Shown here: positions 41,472-51,382 of the stretch, piece after piece
Layout of the letters: each line of letters starts with the position of its first letter
Position numbering within the stretch: the stretch's first letter is position 1
Assembly (NCBI GenBank): GCA_020343515.1
Contig: CP070798.1
Coordinates: forward strand, 83,488 to 139,088
DNA length: 55,601 nucleotides
Direction of reading: 5' to 3'
DNA from: Thermoplasmatales archaeon
Lineage (GTDB): Archaea > Thermoplasmatota > E2 > DHVEG-1
The notes under the pieces: model-generated
Seen by the model: only the letters and a program-made list of their open reading frames with translations
Told to the model about the DNA's origin: nothing
Database searches by the model: none
Made by a program: the position numbers and the translations under genes

Positions 41472-42458
41472 CTATAGATCTATCAACGTATAGGCAGAAG
41501 ATCCTAAACCAATGTCCTCACCAAATGTGATTTGCTTTAAAGGACTAATATTGTTTTCTTTTTCAAAAACATTTTCTTTGACATCATGAATGAGATCCAA
41601 CGACGCTTTGTCGATTGCAACAGGATCATCTGCTACAAGATAACCAATATCTGGACTTATAATTGGTCCTGCGAACGGATCACAATCACAACTTCTTGCA
41701 ATCCGTTTTAGTTCATTGAGATAGATAACATTTTTATCTTGAACACAGGCTTTTGCAGCACATGCAAGGGCAAATTGAAAATCTGCATCCTCATATGTTA
41801 GTGCATTAGTCGCGCAAGCATCAACACATACGCCACAACCAAAACACGAAATCATGCTTTTCTTCCAATAATCTTCTTTAACTTTTAAGGCATTAAAGGG
41901 GCAAACCTCTGCACATATACCGCAATAAGTACAAGCATCTTTCTGATATAGAGGGCGGCTACCATGATGTATTGCTTTTTTTGTTTCTTTTGTTACACCG
42001 CCCATGCCAAAATTTTTAATTGCACCCCCCATCCCTGTTGCTACGTGACCTTTAACATGAGTTATTGCAAATATATGGGTTGATTTAACCAAATGCCTAG
42101 CAACTATAAATTCCCTATTTTCTACAGTTATTGGAATACCATTATCATCTATTACAACGTTACAACCAACCTTCTCCAGAGTAAAACCATGCATCTTCGC
42201 CAACTTCTGATAACCAAGTTTGGAATGCCTCAATCCAGGGTATGCCACGGTCGTATCAAAAAGATAAGGTTCCATATTTTCCTTTTTCAACTCATCAATA
42301 ACTAACTTTACAAAATCAGGTTGTGAATAATACTTGTTTTTCATTTCCCCCATATGCAACTTTACAGGGACTTGTTTACCAGCAAAACCGTGAATATTAA
42401 AATTTTCTAATGCAGCATGTAGATCTTTTAAATCAGTAAAGAAAACAACCTTCTTCAT
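41472..42458 (-). CDS. DUF362 domain protein with two 4Fe-4S ferredoxin motifs
   Basis: VPVKLHMGE...YLFDTTVAY matches the DUF362 pattern, plus CTYCGICAEVCP and CFGCGVCVDAC. The ATG at 42458 forms an ATGA overlap with the upstream stop. Confidence 0.75.
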   Translation of the reverse strand: MKKVVFFTDLKDLHAALENFNIHGFAGKQVPVKLHMGEMKNKYYSQPDFVKLVIDELKKENMEPYLFDTTVAYPGLRHSKLGYQKLAKMHGFTLEKVGCNVVIDDNGIPITVENREFIVARHLVKSTHIFAITHVKGHVATGMGGAIKNFGMGGVTKETKKAIHHGSRPLYQKDACTYCGICAEVCPFNALKVKEDYWKKSMISCFGCGVCVDACATNALTYEDADFQFALACAAKACVQDKNVIYLNELKRIARSCDCDPFAGPIISPDIGYLVADDPVAIDKASLDLIHDVKENVFEKENNISPLKQITFGEDIGLGSSAYTLIDL

Positions 42459-43756
42459 CCAACTATTTTCTCCCACTTCTTTAGCTTGGTAACACTACCC
42501 AAGGAGCCACCATCTTTTATCTCTTCGCGTATACGGTTCTCATGTTCTTTGACATCTAATGCTCGATTCACTATCTCCTGAGCTATCTCCTGAGGCACAA
42601 CAACAACCCCCGAATCATCACCAATGATCCAATCACCAGTTTGTACTGTTTGACCTCCACATTGGATTTCAGCCCTTATCTCTCCACATCCTTTGGGCTC
42701 ACCAGCATTGGAAGAAATGTGTCTACAAAAGATTGGGAAATCCATTTTTATGAGGTCATCCAAATCTCTAACTGCACCATCAATAACAACACCAGCAAGC
42801 CCTTTGAGTTTCGCACTCCAAGTAGCAAGCTCGCCCCAGATAGCAGTCTTTCCGCCCTTTACATCTACCACTATAACTTGGCCCCTCTCCGCCTTATCTA
42901 TCGCCTCAATAGGTTTTGCCCAATCTCCATCCATGGTCTGGACAGTGAGAGCTCTCCCAACCAAATGTAAACCAAGTTTTATCGGCCTAATCCCATGCAT
43001 TGCTCCCTTCTTATGCATGGCATCTGAAATATTGGGCGTAGAAACTATGGAAAACGCCTCTTTCAACTGGGATTTATCATATTTTTTGTAAAGCCTCGTA
43101 GAAATAGGTTTTTTCTCAACTATTGCTTGTTTTATCTGTTTCGTTTCCTCAACAACATTTTTGGCTTTAGTTATTGCCCCACCAACAATTATGATGCTTG
43201 CACCAGCTTTGACAACATCGGCAACAGTTTCGCTATTCAATCCGCCCGCTACAGCAATTGGGAGATTAGTAGTTTTAACAAGTGATGAAAGAATTTCAAT
43301 AGGTTTTTTCCCAACCATTTGTTCATCGATTCCAACATGAATGCATAGATAGTCTACCCCAAGTTTCTCCAGTTCTTTTGCACGCTTTACCTTCTCCTTT
43401 ACACCAATGAGATCAACCATGATTTTAGATCCGTAGTTTCTAGCAGATTTCAATGCATCGAGTATTGTACTATCGTCTGATGCAGCAAGGATACATATGA
43501 TATCTGCCCCAGCTTTAGCAGCCATCTCTGTTTCAAGTGCGCCAGTATCCATAGTTTTCATGTCAGCAACAAGTGTTTTACCTGGAAATGATTGTTTAAG
43601 CTGTCTCACGATATCCATCCCCTCGCTTTTGATAAGAGGTGTACCTGCTTCCAGCCAGTCTGCTCCACCTTTAACTGTATCTTTTGCGATATTTAACGCA
43701 CGATCTGCATTTAGAAGATCCAAAGCCGCCTGCAAAATAGCTTTCATCAATGACAA
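42455..43756 (-). CDS. Fusion of 3-hexulose-6-phosphate synthase (OMPdecase/HUMPS family) with an RraA-like domain
   Basis: The N-terminal half has the HUMPS pattern (DWLEAGTPL, ADMKTMD, HVGIDEQ, VAGG). The C-terminal half has the RraA-like pattern (GQVIVVD...AIWGELATWSAK..G..GVVIDGAVRD). Confidence 0.8.
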   Translation of the reverse strand: MSLMKAILQAALDLLNADRALNIAKDTVKGGADWLEAGTPLIKSEGMDIVRQLKQSFPGKTLVADMKTMDTGALETEMAAKAGADIICILAASDDSTILDALKSARNYGSKIMVDLIGVKEKVKRAKELEKLGVDYLCIHVGIDEQMVGKKPIEILSSLVKTTNLPIAVAGGLNSETVADVVKAGASIIIVGGAITKAKNVVEETKQIKQAIVEKKPISTRLYKKYDKSQLKEAFSIVSTPNISDAMHKKGAMHGIRPIKLGLHLVGRALTVQTMDGDWAKPIEAIDKAERGQVIVVDVKGGKTAIWGELATWSAKLKGLAGVVIDGAVRDLDDLIKMDFPIFCRHISSNAGEPKGCGEIRAEIQCGGQTVQTGDWIIGDDSGVVVVPQEIAQEIVNRALDVKEHENRIREEIKDGGSLGSVTKLKKWEKIVG

Positions 43757-44024
43757 ATAAATATCTACTTATTTAAAAAGTAATGCATACCTGAGGTGAA
43801 TAGGGAGTCTGACCTTTTACAATTGCCCATGATACTATATAATAATATTCATAAATACCATTCTATGAAACCATATTATGTGATATATTTTTTGAAATAT
43901 TTGTAGAAGTGGAATCTGTGATGTTACAGATTTTACGGTTTTTTTACGAAAATATTTATAAAAAAAATAGTAGATAAATTTTTAAGACACTGATGCGTTA
44001 CTAAAAAAGAAGCGAGGAAAAAAT

Positions 44025-45059
44025 ATGAAAAGCAAATTAGTTGGATTTTTAGTTTGTATGATGCTAATTACTACTTTTTTAACTACAGCAATTAACGTTG
44101 AAAATACAGATTTAAAAAAGCTAACACAAACTGAGATTGTTACGACCTCATTTGATGATGATGTACCTATTTGGAAAGTTGGTCATAAATGGATTTACAA
44201 GATAAAGGACATCAATATCGATTTGGAAGAAAACGGATCTAAAGCTGAACAAAATAAATCGTTCCAAGTACATCTAGAAATAGATGAATTACCACTTGAG
44301 GTAGTTGATGACACAATCGACTACGATGTAGAATTCAAAGCAAACTTGAAGGGAAATTATTCTGTTTTTATCGAGGAAGATAACTCAACAATCGATATTG
44401 AAGGAAAATTAATAGGTACAACTATCAAGGGAAATATATTCTTTAACAAGTCTAATTTAGGAATAAAAAAAGTAGATTATAAAATATCTGGGATCTTGAC
44501 CGTGAAAATCAAAGAACTACCTGATGATTGGAATATTCCAAAAATTTTAGCTGCAATTCCATTACCTGCTACTATAACCACCACTATTGACTTTGATGTT
44601 CCCTATACACTACTTAAATTCCCATTGAACGCCAGTGGATATCGTTGGGGTCTACATGGTACAAACTTTACTGTAAATGGTAAAGTACAATCTATATGGC
44701 TAACTATCCTAAAATTCATAAACGACATAGCTACTATCCTAGACTATCCTCTGCTTCCTGAAGACATTGCTGCTCTTCTACCAGTTATTGACATTAAAGA
44801 AGCATTAGAAACTAGAGGGATGGATAATACATTTGAAATTCCAGAGGTTCCATCAATATTTTCTTGTTATAGCATGGATAATATTACTGTACCTGCTGGA
44901 AATTTCAGTGCGTATAACATATCTGTTGCAGAGATACTTGGAAAAATTTACTATGCTCCAACGGCAGAAAATATAATCAAAATAGCAGGACAACTAGGAG
45001 ATCTTCTTCCGTTTATGACTAGTTTGGAAATGGAGCTTGTGGAATACGAACTAGTATAA
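44025..45059 (+). CDS. Secreted hypothetical protein (344 aa)
   Basis: Signal peptide MKSKLVGFLVCMMLITTFLTTAINV and a GAGG SD. No family recognised. Confidence 0.55.
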   Translation: MKSKLVGFLVCMMLITTFLTTAINVENTDLKKLTQTEIVTTSFDDDVPIWKVGHKWIYKIKDINIDLEENGSKAEQNKSFQVHLEIDELPLEVVDDTIDYDVEFKANLKGNYSVFIEEDNSTIDIEGKLIGTTIKGNIFFNKSNLGIKKVDYKISGILTVKIKELPDDWNIPKILAAIPLPATITTTIDFDVPYTLLKFPLNASGYRWGLHGTNFTVNGKVQSIWLTILKFINDIATILDYPLLPEDIAALLPVIDIKEALETRGMDNTFEIPEVPSIFSCYSMDNITVPAGNFSAYNISVAEILGKIYYAPTAENIIKIAGQLGDLLPFMTSLEMELVEYELV

Positions 45060-45450
45060 TACAATCAAAACTACCTCTTTCCTTTTTAATAATTTGAATC
45101 CTGGTTTGTTTTAATAATAAAGGATTAAACCACGTTTTTCTAATTCTATTTGGTTCTGCTGGGATTGTTTGGTCATTTCCGAATGTTTTCTAACAGTATA
45201 TAAATTAAAAAGGATATAATCATAATTAACGTGCGTAAAATGAATAAAGTACAACAACTTATTGCTCTACTCATTGTCGTTTCAACAGTTGTCATACTTG
45301 CAAAGATGCTTGTAGGTGAATTAGCCTTATTTTAATATAAGATATTTCTCGTAGAGATTAGGAGAGAAAATAACAATTACAAAAAATTTAAAAAGGTATA
45401 AAAGAGCCGAAAATATATCCTCTATGTACTAAATCTTTTAAAAACAGCTT

Positions 45451-45517
45451 GAGAGAAGGGGAGATTTAGTGAGGTGGTGAGGAGATGTGATTAAAAATTT
45501 CTGTACCCCCCTTCTCT
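45451..45517. repeat. Inverted repeat AGAGAAGGGG ... CCCCTTCTCT, the only G+C-rich element in a 600-bp gene-free stretch
   Basis: 10-bp perfect arms at 45452-45461 and 45508-45517, separated by about 46 nt of purine-rich sequence (GGTGGTGAGGAG). Confidence 0.35.
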
Positions 45518-45654
45518 AATATACATATTAGCCATGCAACTATATAAATTTTATTATATAACTTTAATATTCTTTTATTCAAATAGTATCTACTTCTGTA
45601 ATATTGTAAAAAACACGTCAAAATTAGTGATTAAGTAGACCCCGGTAAGCTGAA

Positions 45655-47982
45655 TCAATCCAATTTTTTCCAATATTTGTGATCTGTACTGGGTGGTTTT
45701 TCTCCTTTACTATATTTTCCTCCCCACACATTTAATCCTGCTTTTTCATCCTGATCTATATTCTGCTGAAGCATCTTCAACATCTTTAGATCATCAATAC
45801 CTAGTTGTTTCATTTTCTGAGGAGTTGGAACGCCGTTGGGAGTCCATCCTCTTCGATAATAGACTGAATCGATAAGTTTTTGATATTGATCTTGACGATA
45901 TTCATAAAGAACCTTTATTTTCTCTTTTAATTCCATCTTTTCTACTTCTTTTTCATTTAATCCTAGTTTTTCAATCAGTTGTTTATCATATCTCTCTTTT
46001 CTAGATAAATATTCCATTTCAGTGACTGGCCCCATTGAACGATATGGTATCCAATCATCCTTTCTCCTACCTCGTCCCATCCACACATTCATAGCTCTTT
46101 GCCAGTTGTAACATCGCTCACTCTGAAGGATTAATTCCTTTTTATCAACATTCCAACCAGTCACTGCATTCTGGCATTCGACATAGTTTTGGACATGCTC
46201 AGGGATTTTTGCAGGTTCTTCTGTTTCTGCATTGTTAGCTGGCTCAATATCGTTCCATGGAAGTTTGCACAGCCCATTTAATCCAAACCAGGTTCTCCAC
46301 ATCGGAAAGTAATGTAAAGCTTCGGCTTTATCCTCAAACCTTGGTATTGCATTATTTACCATGTCCATAAAAATCAACCAAGCTTCATCATGCTGCGGTC
46401 CTTTCAACGTTAGGCCATATCCACCCTGCATAGCAAGTGATTCTTTGGTTACATATTCAGAATATTCAAGTCCTTTGCTCTCCATACCAGTATCCTCAAT
46501 AAGTTGTTTATTCCCCCATCCTTTTTTTATCAACCAGTCTTTTACTCGACGTACTCCTTTTGATGCAATATTGATGAACTCTCCCCTTTCTCCATTTGCA
46601 ATGCGATGCATGAACTCTAAGACTGCTTCTGCGTTTCCAAAGCAGAGCTCAAGCCCGTCACACCGTTTTTTATTTAAAATACCATATTCATACATCTCCA
46701 TGTAAAATGCGATAGCAGTACCAGTTGAAATAGTATCCAGGCCATAGGTGTCACAATAAAAGTTGAACTCAAGAATCCATAAAGGATCCCAAAGACTCAT
46801 GTTTGCCCCACAGGCTATAGTCTCATATTCTGGCCCATCAACTGTTACTTTTTGTCCCTTATATGGCCCAGTCTTCACAACGAAGCCATCAACTGTTTTA
46901 GAGCAGGCAAGTGTGCATCCATGCCAACATCCATCAGGAATAATTTTCGTAAAAAGCTTGTAAAACTCTGGTGAATAAATCCTTGAAGCCTTTGGAAAAG
47001 ATCCGAATCGGTAGTTCTCTGTAGGGAGCAAGTCATAGGCATCCATGATCTCAACAAGATGCCCTGTTCCCACGGCCCGCATATTACATTGATATCTGTC
47101 GAGATCTCTAATTTCACGGTGAAGCTTAGTTCCAACCTTTGCAAGAGTTGCAGGATCAGTAGGATGATTTGAAACTCCATCAAACTTCTCAACTTTTACA
47201 ATAATCGCTTTAATTTTCTTATTTCTAAATACTGATCCAAGCCCTCCTCGTCCAGCTTGTTTCACACGTGGAACCTTTCTCCGTATATCATAGAATGAAA
47301 AGTTTAGGCATCCCCAGTACCCATGCTCAGCCCCACTTCCAGTAGATACAACGGAGACCTTTTGTCGAGATCTATCAGTATCCTCTGAAGAATACGTAAT
47401 AGTAAGTTGTTCATTAAGTAAATGTGAGTTTGGTTCTTCAAGAGGTGCGGTTTCAACGGTAACTTTTCCTTTTTCGCCATCGATAACCACAACAACATCT
47501 TCATTAGCCTTTCCTTGAATTTCAAGCGCATCGAAACCTGAAAATTTAAGATATGGCCCAAAAAATCCACCTACATTGCTATCACAGATTATATCTGTAG
47601 ATGGAGAAATTGTAAGGCATATTGATTTACCAGAACCGGGGTATTGTGTTGTTCCACACAGCGGCCCCGTTGTTATAATAATTTCATTTTCTTCACTATC
47701 CCATCCCGTTGTTGGTTTAATAGAATCCCACAATAGTTTTAACCCAAAACCACGACCACCCGTAAATTTCTTTTTCATATCTTTGGTAACAGGTTTTTCT
47801 TTAATCTTACCTGTACTCAGGTTAACGTAGAGAGTGCGATTTGCATATCCTCGTTGAACTTCTCCCTTTTTGTAATTATATTCAGCTATGATTTTATGTG
47901 CTGATTTTAACTTCTTTATATCCCATTTATGTCGAGTATTACCAGTTTCGTATTCTTCAATCGGAATCTGTCCCTCTGCCAT
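45655..47982 (-). CDS. Aldehyde:ferredoxin oxidoreductase (AOR) family tungsto/molybdopterin enzyme, long form (775 aa)
   Basis: GYANRTLYVNLSTG, GRGGLGSVFRNKKIKAIIV, EYETIACGANM, CDTYGLDTISTGTAIAF. The Cys cluster CWHGCTLAC differs from the Pyrococcus type. There are N- and C-terminal extensions of about 45 aa each. Confidence 0.85.
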   Translation of the reverse strand: MAEGQIPIEEYETGNTRHKWDIKKLKSAHKIIAEYNYKKGEVQRGYANRTLYVNLSTGKIKEKPVTKDMKKKFTGGRGFGLKLLWDSIKPTTGWDSEENEIIITTGPLCGTTQYPGSGKSICLTISPSTDIICDSNVGGFFGPYLKFSGFDALEIQGKANEDVVVVIDGEKGKVTVETAPLEEPNSHLLNEQLTITYSSEDTDRSRQKVSVVSTGSGAEHGYWGCLNFSFYDIRRKVPRVKQAGRGGLGSVFRNKKIKAIIVKVEKFDGVSNHPTDPATLAKVGTKLHREIRDLDRYQCNMRAVGTGHLVEIMDAYDLLPTENYRFGSFPKASRIYSPEFYKLFTKIIPDGCWHGCTLACSKTVDGFVVKTGPYKGQKVTVDGPEYETIACGANMSLWDPLWILEFNFYCDTYGLDTISTGTAIAFYMEMYEYGILNKKRCDGLELCFGNAEAVLEFMHRIANGERGEFINIASKGVRRVKDWLIKKGWGNKQLIEDTGMESKGLEYSEYVTKESLAMQGGYGLTLKGPQHDEAWLIFMDMVNNAIPRFEDKAEALHYFPMWRTWFGLNGLCKLPWNDIEPANNAETEEPAKIPEHVQNYVECQNAVTGWNVDKKELILQSERCYNWQRAMNVWMGRGRRKDDWIPYRSMGPVTEMEYLSRKERYDKQLIEKLGLNEKEVEKMELKEKIKVLYEYRQDQYQKLIDSVYYRRGWTPNGVPTPQKMKQLGIDDLKMLKMLQQNIDQDEKAGLNVWGGKYSKGEKPPSTDHKYWKKLD

Positions 47983-47984
47983 TT

Positions 47985-48434
47985 TTAAACTCCTTGTTTA
48001 TGGTAAACCACTTGTTTTATATCATCAATATTCTTTTCAACAAGTTCAAGTGCATCTTCTGGACATGAGCGGACGCATGCACCACATGAGATACATTTAA
48101 ACGGCTCAATTCTTTTATCTGATTTTCTCATCGCTCCGATTGGGCAGAAGCCAACACATGCTTGGCATCCTATACAGATATCTTTGTCTAACCAAACGAT
48201 ACCATTTTTTTTTCTGATTAGTGCTCCCACGGGGCACATGTCTTGGCAGAGACCACGTTGATCACAAACATGCATCTGATAGTTATTACCTTTTTTGAAG
48301 ATGCGGATTGCTGATTGTTCCCCTCCATTTTTTGTCTTGAAATGGATCATTGAACAAGCCTTTTCACATTCAAAACATCCATCACATTTATCAGTGTAAA
48401 ATTTTAAAACTTTCACAGTTTTTGGCTTTTCCAT
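47985..48434 (-). CDS. Polyferredoxin with four [4Fe-4S]-type Cys motifs
   Basis: CDGCFECEKAC, CDQRGLCQDMCP, CIGCQACVGFCP and CISCGACVRSCP. The ATG at 48434 has a GGGGAGGA just upstream; the longer track start would overlap the upstream gene. Confidence 0.8.
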   Translation of the reverse strand: MEKPKTVKVLKFYTDKCDGCFECEKACSMIHFKTKNGGEQSAIRIFKKGNNYQMHVCDQRGLCQDMCPVGALIRKKNGIVWLDKDICIGCQACVGFCPIGAMRKSDKRIEPFKCISCGACVRSCPEDALELVEKNIDDIKQVVYHKQGV

Positions 48435-48448
48435 CCATCCTCCCCTTA

Positions 48449-49096
48449 CTATAATCCTAGTGTTAGTACTGGGCTCACAATGACCGCAGTCCAACACAAG
48501 AGTGATATTGCTGCAGTTATTGGGTAATATACGCGGTCTTTAACTCGGTAGATGTCAAAATCTCTAAGGACGAGAACAATTGGAACCATAAAACCACCAA
48601 TGATTGCAGCTAACAAACCACTCGAGAGAATTTGCGGTAGAAAATTAATGAGATCAATAACATAGAAACCAGCAGCGGAAAAAAATGGAGTAAGAATCTG
48701 GGTGACAATGTAGCCTCCAACAAAACAACAGTAAGCAGAAATTACACCCATACTCGATTTCATAGTGAATATTTCCAACTCTTTGAGATCAAGAGACATA
48801 CTAAACCATATGAGCTCAAAAATCACACCCTCAGCCATAATAGCAATACCGGAACATATTACACAAGGACCACAAGGGTTGAACAACTTAAGTGTTCCAG
48901 CCACAAGTCCCATACCAATTTGCATTCCACGTTGTTTATACATCATCCGAGTCATTGTCATAAAACCAACAGCGAAAATACTAGTCATAAGAACACCAGA
49001 TGGAAAACCAGCATCACTAAGCATTGGACCTATAATACATTCAGCAAATCCCCAAATAGAACCAAAAACAATAATTCCTGCTAGCATTTTCTTCAT
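48449..49096 (-). CDS. Polytopic membrane protein (about 6 TM), unknown family
   Basis: Strongly hydrophobic throughout. ATGA start/stop overlap with the upstream gene. Third of four genes in the AOR operon. Confidence 0.6.
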   Translation of the reverse strand: MKKMLAGIIVFGSIWGFAECIIGPMLSDAGFPSGVLMTSIFAVGFMTMTRMMYKQRGMQIGMGLVAGTLKLFNPCGPCVICSGIAIMAEGVIFELIWFSMSLDLKELEIFTMKSSMGVISAYCCFVGGYIVTQILTPFFSAAGFYVIDLINFLPQILSSGLLAAIIGGFMVPIVLVLRDFDIYRVKDRVYYPITAAISLLCWTAVIVSPVLTLGL

Positions 49097-49512
49097 ATTT
49101 CTATCACCCCAATTTCTACTATATCTCTAACTCTAAAAGCCTTAGGAAGATCCGAAAACACAGTCATTTTATCCGATGTTAGAAGACCATTTTGCATGTT
49201 TTCCCATGTCACAGTTTTTTGATATCCATCACCCCCGGCAATCACATAATTGTTACAAGTGGGACATTCAACCCCTACTTTTATAATAAGGTCGTCAAGT
49301 GCAATACCTGAATAGTTCAATGCTTCAAACGCTCGTGGTTCAACAATAGTAAATAACTTTTCGATGGTATACTGCTGCTTGTAAATGGTGATAACGTCCG
49401 CATCAATGACTGTATCACCTTGTGTTGCATAAACATAAACAGAAGAGCCTGTTCCAATGAAAAGCACTAATACTGCAAAAATCGGTATGAGTTGTTCCTT
49501 CCCCATAAACAT
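49093..49512 (-). CDS. Small N-terminally anchored protein (139 aa)
   Basis: Leader LIPIFAVLVLFIGTGSSV. The segment YSGIALDDLIIKVGV...VIAGGDGYQKTV weakly resembles the N-terminal lobe of sulfite-oxidase-type molybdopterin-binding domains. This is an uncertain call. Confidence 0.5.
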   Translation of the reverse strand: MFMGKEQLIPIFAVLVLFIGTGSSVYVYATQGDTVIDADVITIYKQQYTIEKLFTIVEPRAFEALNYSGIALDDLIIKVGVECPTCNNYVIAGGDGYQKTVTWENMQNGLLTSDKMTVFSDLPKAFRVRDIVEIGVIEI

Positions 49513-49560
49513 CGTTACACAGAAATGGTCATGTCTATTTAAAAATTATGAAAACATTGT

Positions 49561-50280
49561 TTATCTTAACCCCCGCTCTCGTATTCTCTTACTATACTTT
49601 CTCAGCGTTTCCTCTTCCTCAGGTCTCCACTGAATCTTTTCAAGTAGAGCATATGCAATTTCATCGTCGACATTGCCTAAACTCCATTTGACCGATTTTT
49701 CATATGCTTCAATAAAAACTTTACATAGCTGAAATTTTCCATCTGTAAACATTGGATCTGTTGTTAGAATAGAAGAACACATACCTGCAATATCTTCTAT
49801 GGGTTCGCCATTTCGCGATTCCTCAAAATCAACCCCCCAGATACGATTTGTTAAAATAAAATTTCTTAGTACGGAATCCCCGCGAATACGCAATCTATCC
49901 TCAATCCTAAAATGTTTATGAAACTTAACATACCATTCGGCGAGCGCGAATATATGCCTTTTCTTTTCATCAACAGGAGTATATTCATCATTTATGACAT
50001 CACAAAGATTTTTTCCAATGATGTAGTTCATAACAATAACATTGTTTCTCACATCTTTATCCAATGGAGTAGGCACATTTAGTTTGGCTGAGCCTTCCTT
50101 TAAAATAGCATATTCTGTCTCCATGTTTTTTTTAAAACCTGGTGCAAACCATTTTAGTACACGAGGTTTATCATTTAGAATTACATAGCTTACCGTGTTT
50201 TTTTTACTTTTAAATTGTTTTTGAACTAATGCATTTTTGTATTTTTTAACATTTCGAACAAGTTCTTCTATTTCACGCAT
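49561..50280 (-). CDS. Protein-kinase-fold protein (APH/choline-kinase/RIO-like)
   Basis: RGDSVLRNFIL is a catalytic-loop-like D..N, and VDFEE is DFG-like. Confidence 0.55.
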   Translation of the reverse strand: MREIEELVRNVKKYKNALVQKQFKSKKNTVSYVILNDKPRVLKWFAPGFKKNMETEYAILKEGSAKLNVPTPLDKDVRNNVIVMNYIIGKNLCDVINDEYTPVDEKKRHIFALAEWYVKFHKHFRIEDRLRIRGDSVLRNFILTNRIWGVDFEESRNGEPIEDIAGMCSSILTTDPMFTDGKFQLCKVFIEAYEKSVKWSLGNVDDEIAYALLEKIQWRPEEEETLRKYSKRIRERGLR

Positions 50281-50315
50281 CGATGTCTAATTTATTAAAA
50301 ATAGAAAACTAGGTT

Positions 50316-51236
50316 TTAACCCTTTTCAACCGCAGACGCTTTTCTAGCCGTCAGATAAATACCAAGAAGAATAATAGCTCCACCTAGCAGTGTAAATTTT
50401 GACGGGATTTGTTGAATCCAAGGTATAGCAAAAGCAAGCATCGTAGAAACAAGCGGCTCACCAAGCAACGCTACAGAGGCGATGGACGCATGAACATGCT
50501 CCAAAGACCAATTATACAAGGTATGACCAAAAATCCCAGAAACAACCGCCATAAGCAGTATTATTTCATAAACAGGTAACTCAAAACTATACAATGGTGC
50601 ACTAAAAACCAGGCAGATCAAAAATAAAACCACGGTACCAACAGAGTATACAACAAAGACATATGGAATAATGGAGACAGTCTTCCGCATATTTCTGCCA
50701 CCAAGGATATAAAGACCAGCCGCTACCCCACCAAGCCACGCTAATATATTACCCTCTAAAGAATCCAAAGTCAGTGAACCCAAACCATAGTTGCCAACCA
50801 CCAAAATAAATACACCAACCATCGAAAAAACTATTCCTAGTGCATTAACAGAAGAAAGTCTTTCCTTGAAAAAAAAGTGTGAAATCGGGCCGACAAAAAC
50901 CGGATGAGCCGTAACCAACAAAACCGAGCTAGCTACAGAGGTATACTCAAGAGAAGTAATCCATAAGGCAAAATGCGCAGCAAGAATTACGCCAATACCA
51001 ATTATGATGGCCAATGTCGAACTTGGCATACTCCTGAGTTCATCGCGGGTTTTCTTATGAAACAAGACAAAAGGTAGAATAAGCAACGTGGTAAATAACA
51101 ACCTATAAAATGCAATTGACAGAGGAGAAGTATTGTAAAGATCTATCAAAGTAGTTATAAAGATAGCCGCAAACGAAACAGAGGCGATCGAAACGAAAAG
51201 AGCAAAAAACGGTTTATTTTTCATGAATCTTCTCAT
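50316..51236 (-). CDS. DMT superfamily (EamA) transporter
   Basis: About 10 TM segments arranged as two EamA-like halves. Confidence 0.8.
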   Translation of the reverse strand: MRRFMKNKPFFALFVSIASVSFAAIFITTLIDLYNTSPLSIAFYRLLFTTLLILPFVLFHKKTRDELRSMPSSTLAIIIGIGVILAAHFALWITSLEYTSVASSVLLVTAHPVFVGPISHFFFKERLSSVNALGIVFSMVGVFILVVGNYGLGSLTLDSLEGNILAWLGGVAAGLYILGGRNMRKTVSIIPYVFVVYSVGTVVLFLICLVFSAPLYSFELPVYEIILLMAVVSGIFGHTLYNWSLEHVHASIASVALLGEPLVSTMLAFAIPWIQQIPSKFTLLGGAIILLGIYLTARKASAVEKG

Positions 51237-51382
51237 GACAAGTCAACCACTAAAGTATATTTTGAACTTATGGTTTTTTTATACACCTTCCTCAACTAAG
51301 TATACACTAAATAATGTTAAAAACTCTTTTCAAAGATTAGATGTGAGTAAAAACATTTTATTGCACAAATGTATACAAGGAC

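Noticed and set aside
42641-43091. Two overlapping plus-strand ORFs (109 and 132 aa)
   Set aside because: Both are antisense to the Hps-RraA fusion gene. Ser/Pro-rich translations of this kind are typical of antisense frames.
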